Below are positions 63,373-64,000 of a stretch of 64,000 nt of DNA, in pieces. Numbering within the stretch: the first letter of the stretch is position 1; the number at the start of each line of letters is the position of its first letter. The notes under the pieces were generated by a model. That model had not been told where the DNA came from. It worked only from the letters and a program-made list of their open reading frames with translations, and searched no databases. A program made the position numbers and the translations under genes. Source of the stretch: Mytilus edulis (Eukaryota); contig NC_092344.1 in NCBI RefSeq assembly GCF_963676685.1, positions 33,852,001 through 33,916,000 on the forward strand. Direction: 5' to 3'.

Positions 63373-63913
63373 TTAAGTCAGTTTTGGGTTTTTTTTTTTG
63401 CTTAAGAAAATTTTTCCTCAAAATAGGTAAATTTTTTGAATGACGTCATTGTTTGGTATGTGACGTCACGAACTTCGATTTTTCATATTGTATGCGACGT
63501 CACGAACGTCAAGTTTTCATATTTTTTGGCACACTAAATGCAACTATGAAAAATACAAAACACACAAATTAATACAATAATAAACAAAATATTTTTAAAA
63601 CAACAGCACGCAAATTGTAAGGTAACCCAGGTGCTTCGGATAAGTAATTGAGCAGTTCTTTTAAGGCCTTTGAAACAAGACAAAAGTAGAACTGAAGGTA
63701 ACCCAGTGCTATGGATCAGAAAACAGTTCATATAATATAATACACTTCTGTTGAAATATATGATAAAGTGTATAATACATGGCAAAATCCGTATCACATG
63801 CCGTATCACCCTCGACCAATATCATCCCTCGGGCCTAAAGGCCCTTGGGCTGATATTGATGTCTCGGGATGATACGACATATGATACGGATTTTGCCATG
63901 TATTATTCTCTAT
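62459..63913. repeat. ~1.45-kb imperfect palindrome made of two ~720-bp hairpin elements head-to-head
   Basis: Arms 62459-63181 and 63187-63913 are reverse complements; centre atatgataaa-gtct-tttatcatat. Confidence 0.95.
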
Positions 63914-64000
63914 CTATCATATGCCTCAACAGAGAAGATTTTTTTTTTATATGGACGAATCGACAAAAAAATTAATTCAACAATATACATAATAAACACT

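Noticed and set aside
62364-63975. Paired near-identical ORFs on opposite strands (MKYMIKC.., MIRHVIR.., MFSSKYS..)
   Set aside because: By-products of the palindrome; they run through poly-T tracts and have no protein-like features.

Overview
AT-rich, intron-rich animal genomic DNA. The repeat content resembles bivalve genomes such as Mytilus; this is an inference, not a database result. Two protein-coding genes are supported. (1) A 20-coding-exon, + strand adhesion GPCR of latrophilin/Cirl type (12730-42145, 909 aa, reconstructed by hand with all intron phases consistent): signal peptide, C-type lectin domain, Ser/Thr stalk, HRM, GAIN/GPS with intact HL|TNFAILM, 7TM and a very short tail. 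(2) An intronless - strand NHL/beta-propeller gene (51640-52803) with a TATA/Inr promoter. A third, small two-exon secreted-peptide-like ORF (53681-54012, -) is only a candidate. The rest is nested mobile DNA: Penelope-like RT remnants, six minimal type I hammerhead ribozyme motifs, Helentron/HINE-like elements, MITEs, SINEs, LINE tails, a solo LTR inside an 81-bp satellite, a local segmental duplication, and several unrelated elements sharing a 'long terminal hairpin + 9-11-bp inverted-repeat-bounded body' architecture, including a ~1.45-kb head-to-head palindrome. Most entries in the supplied ORF track are spurious.
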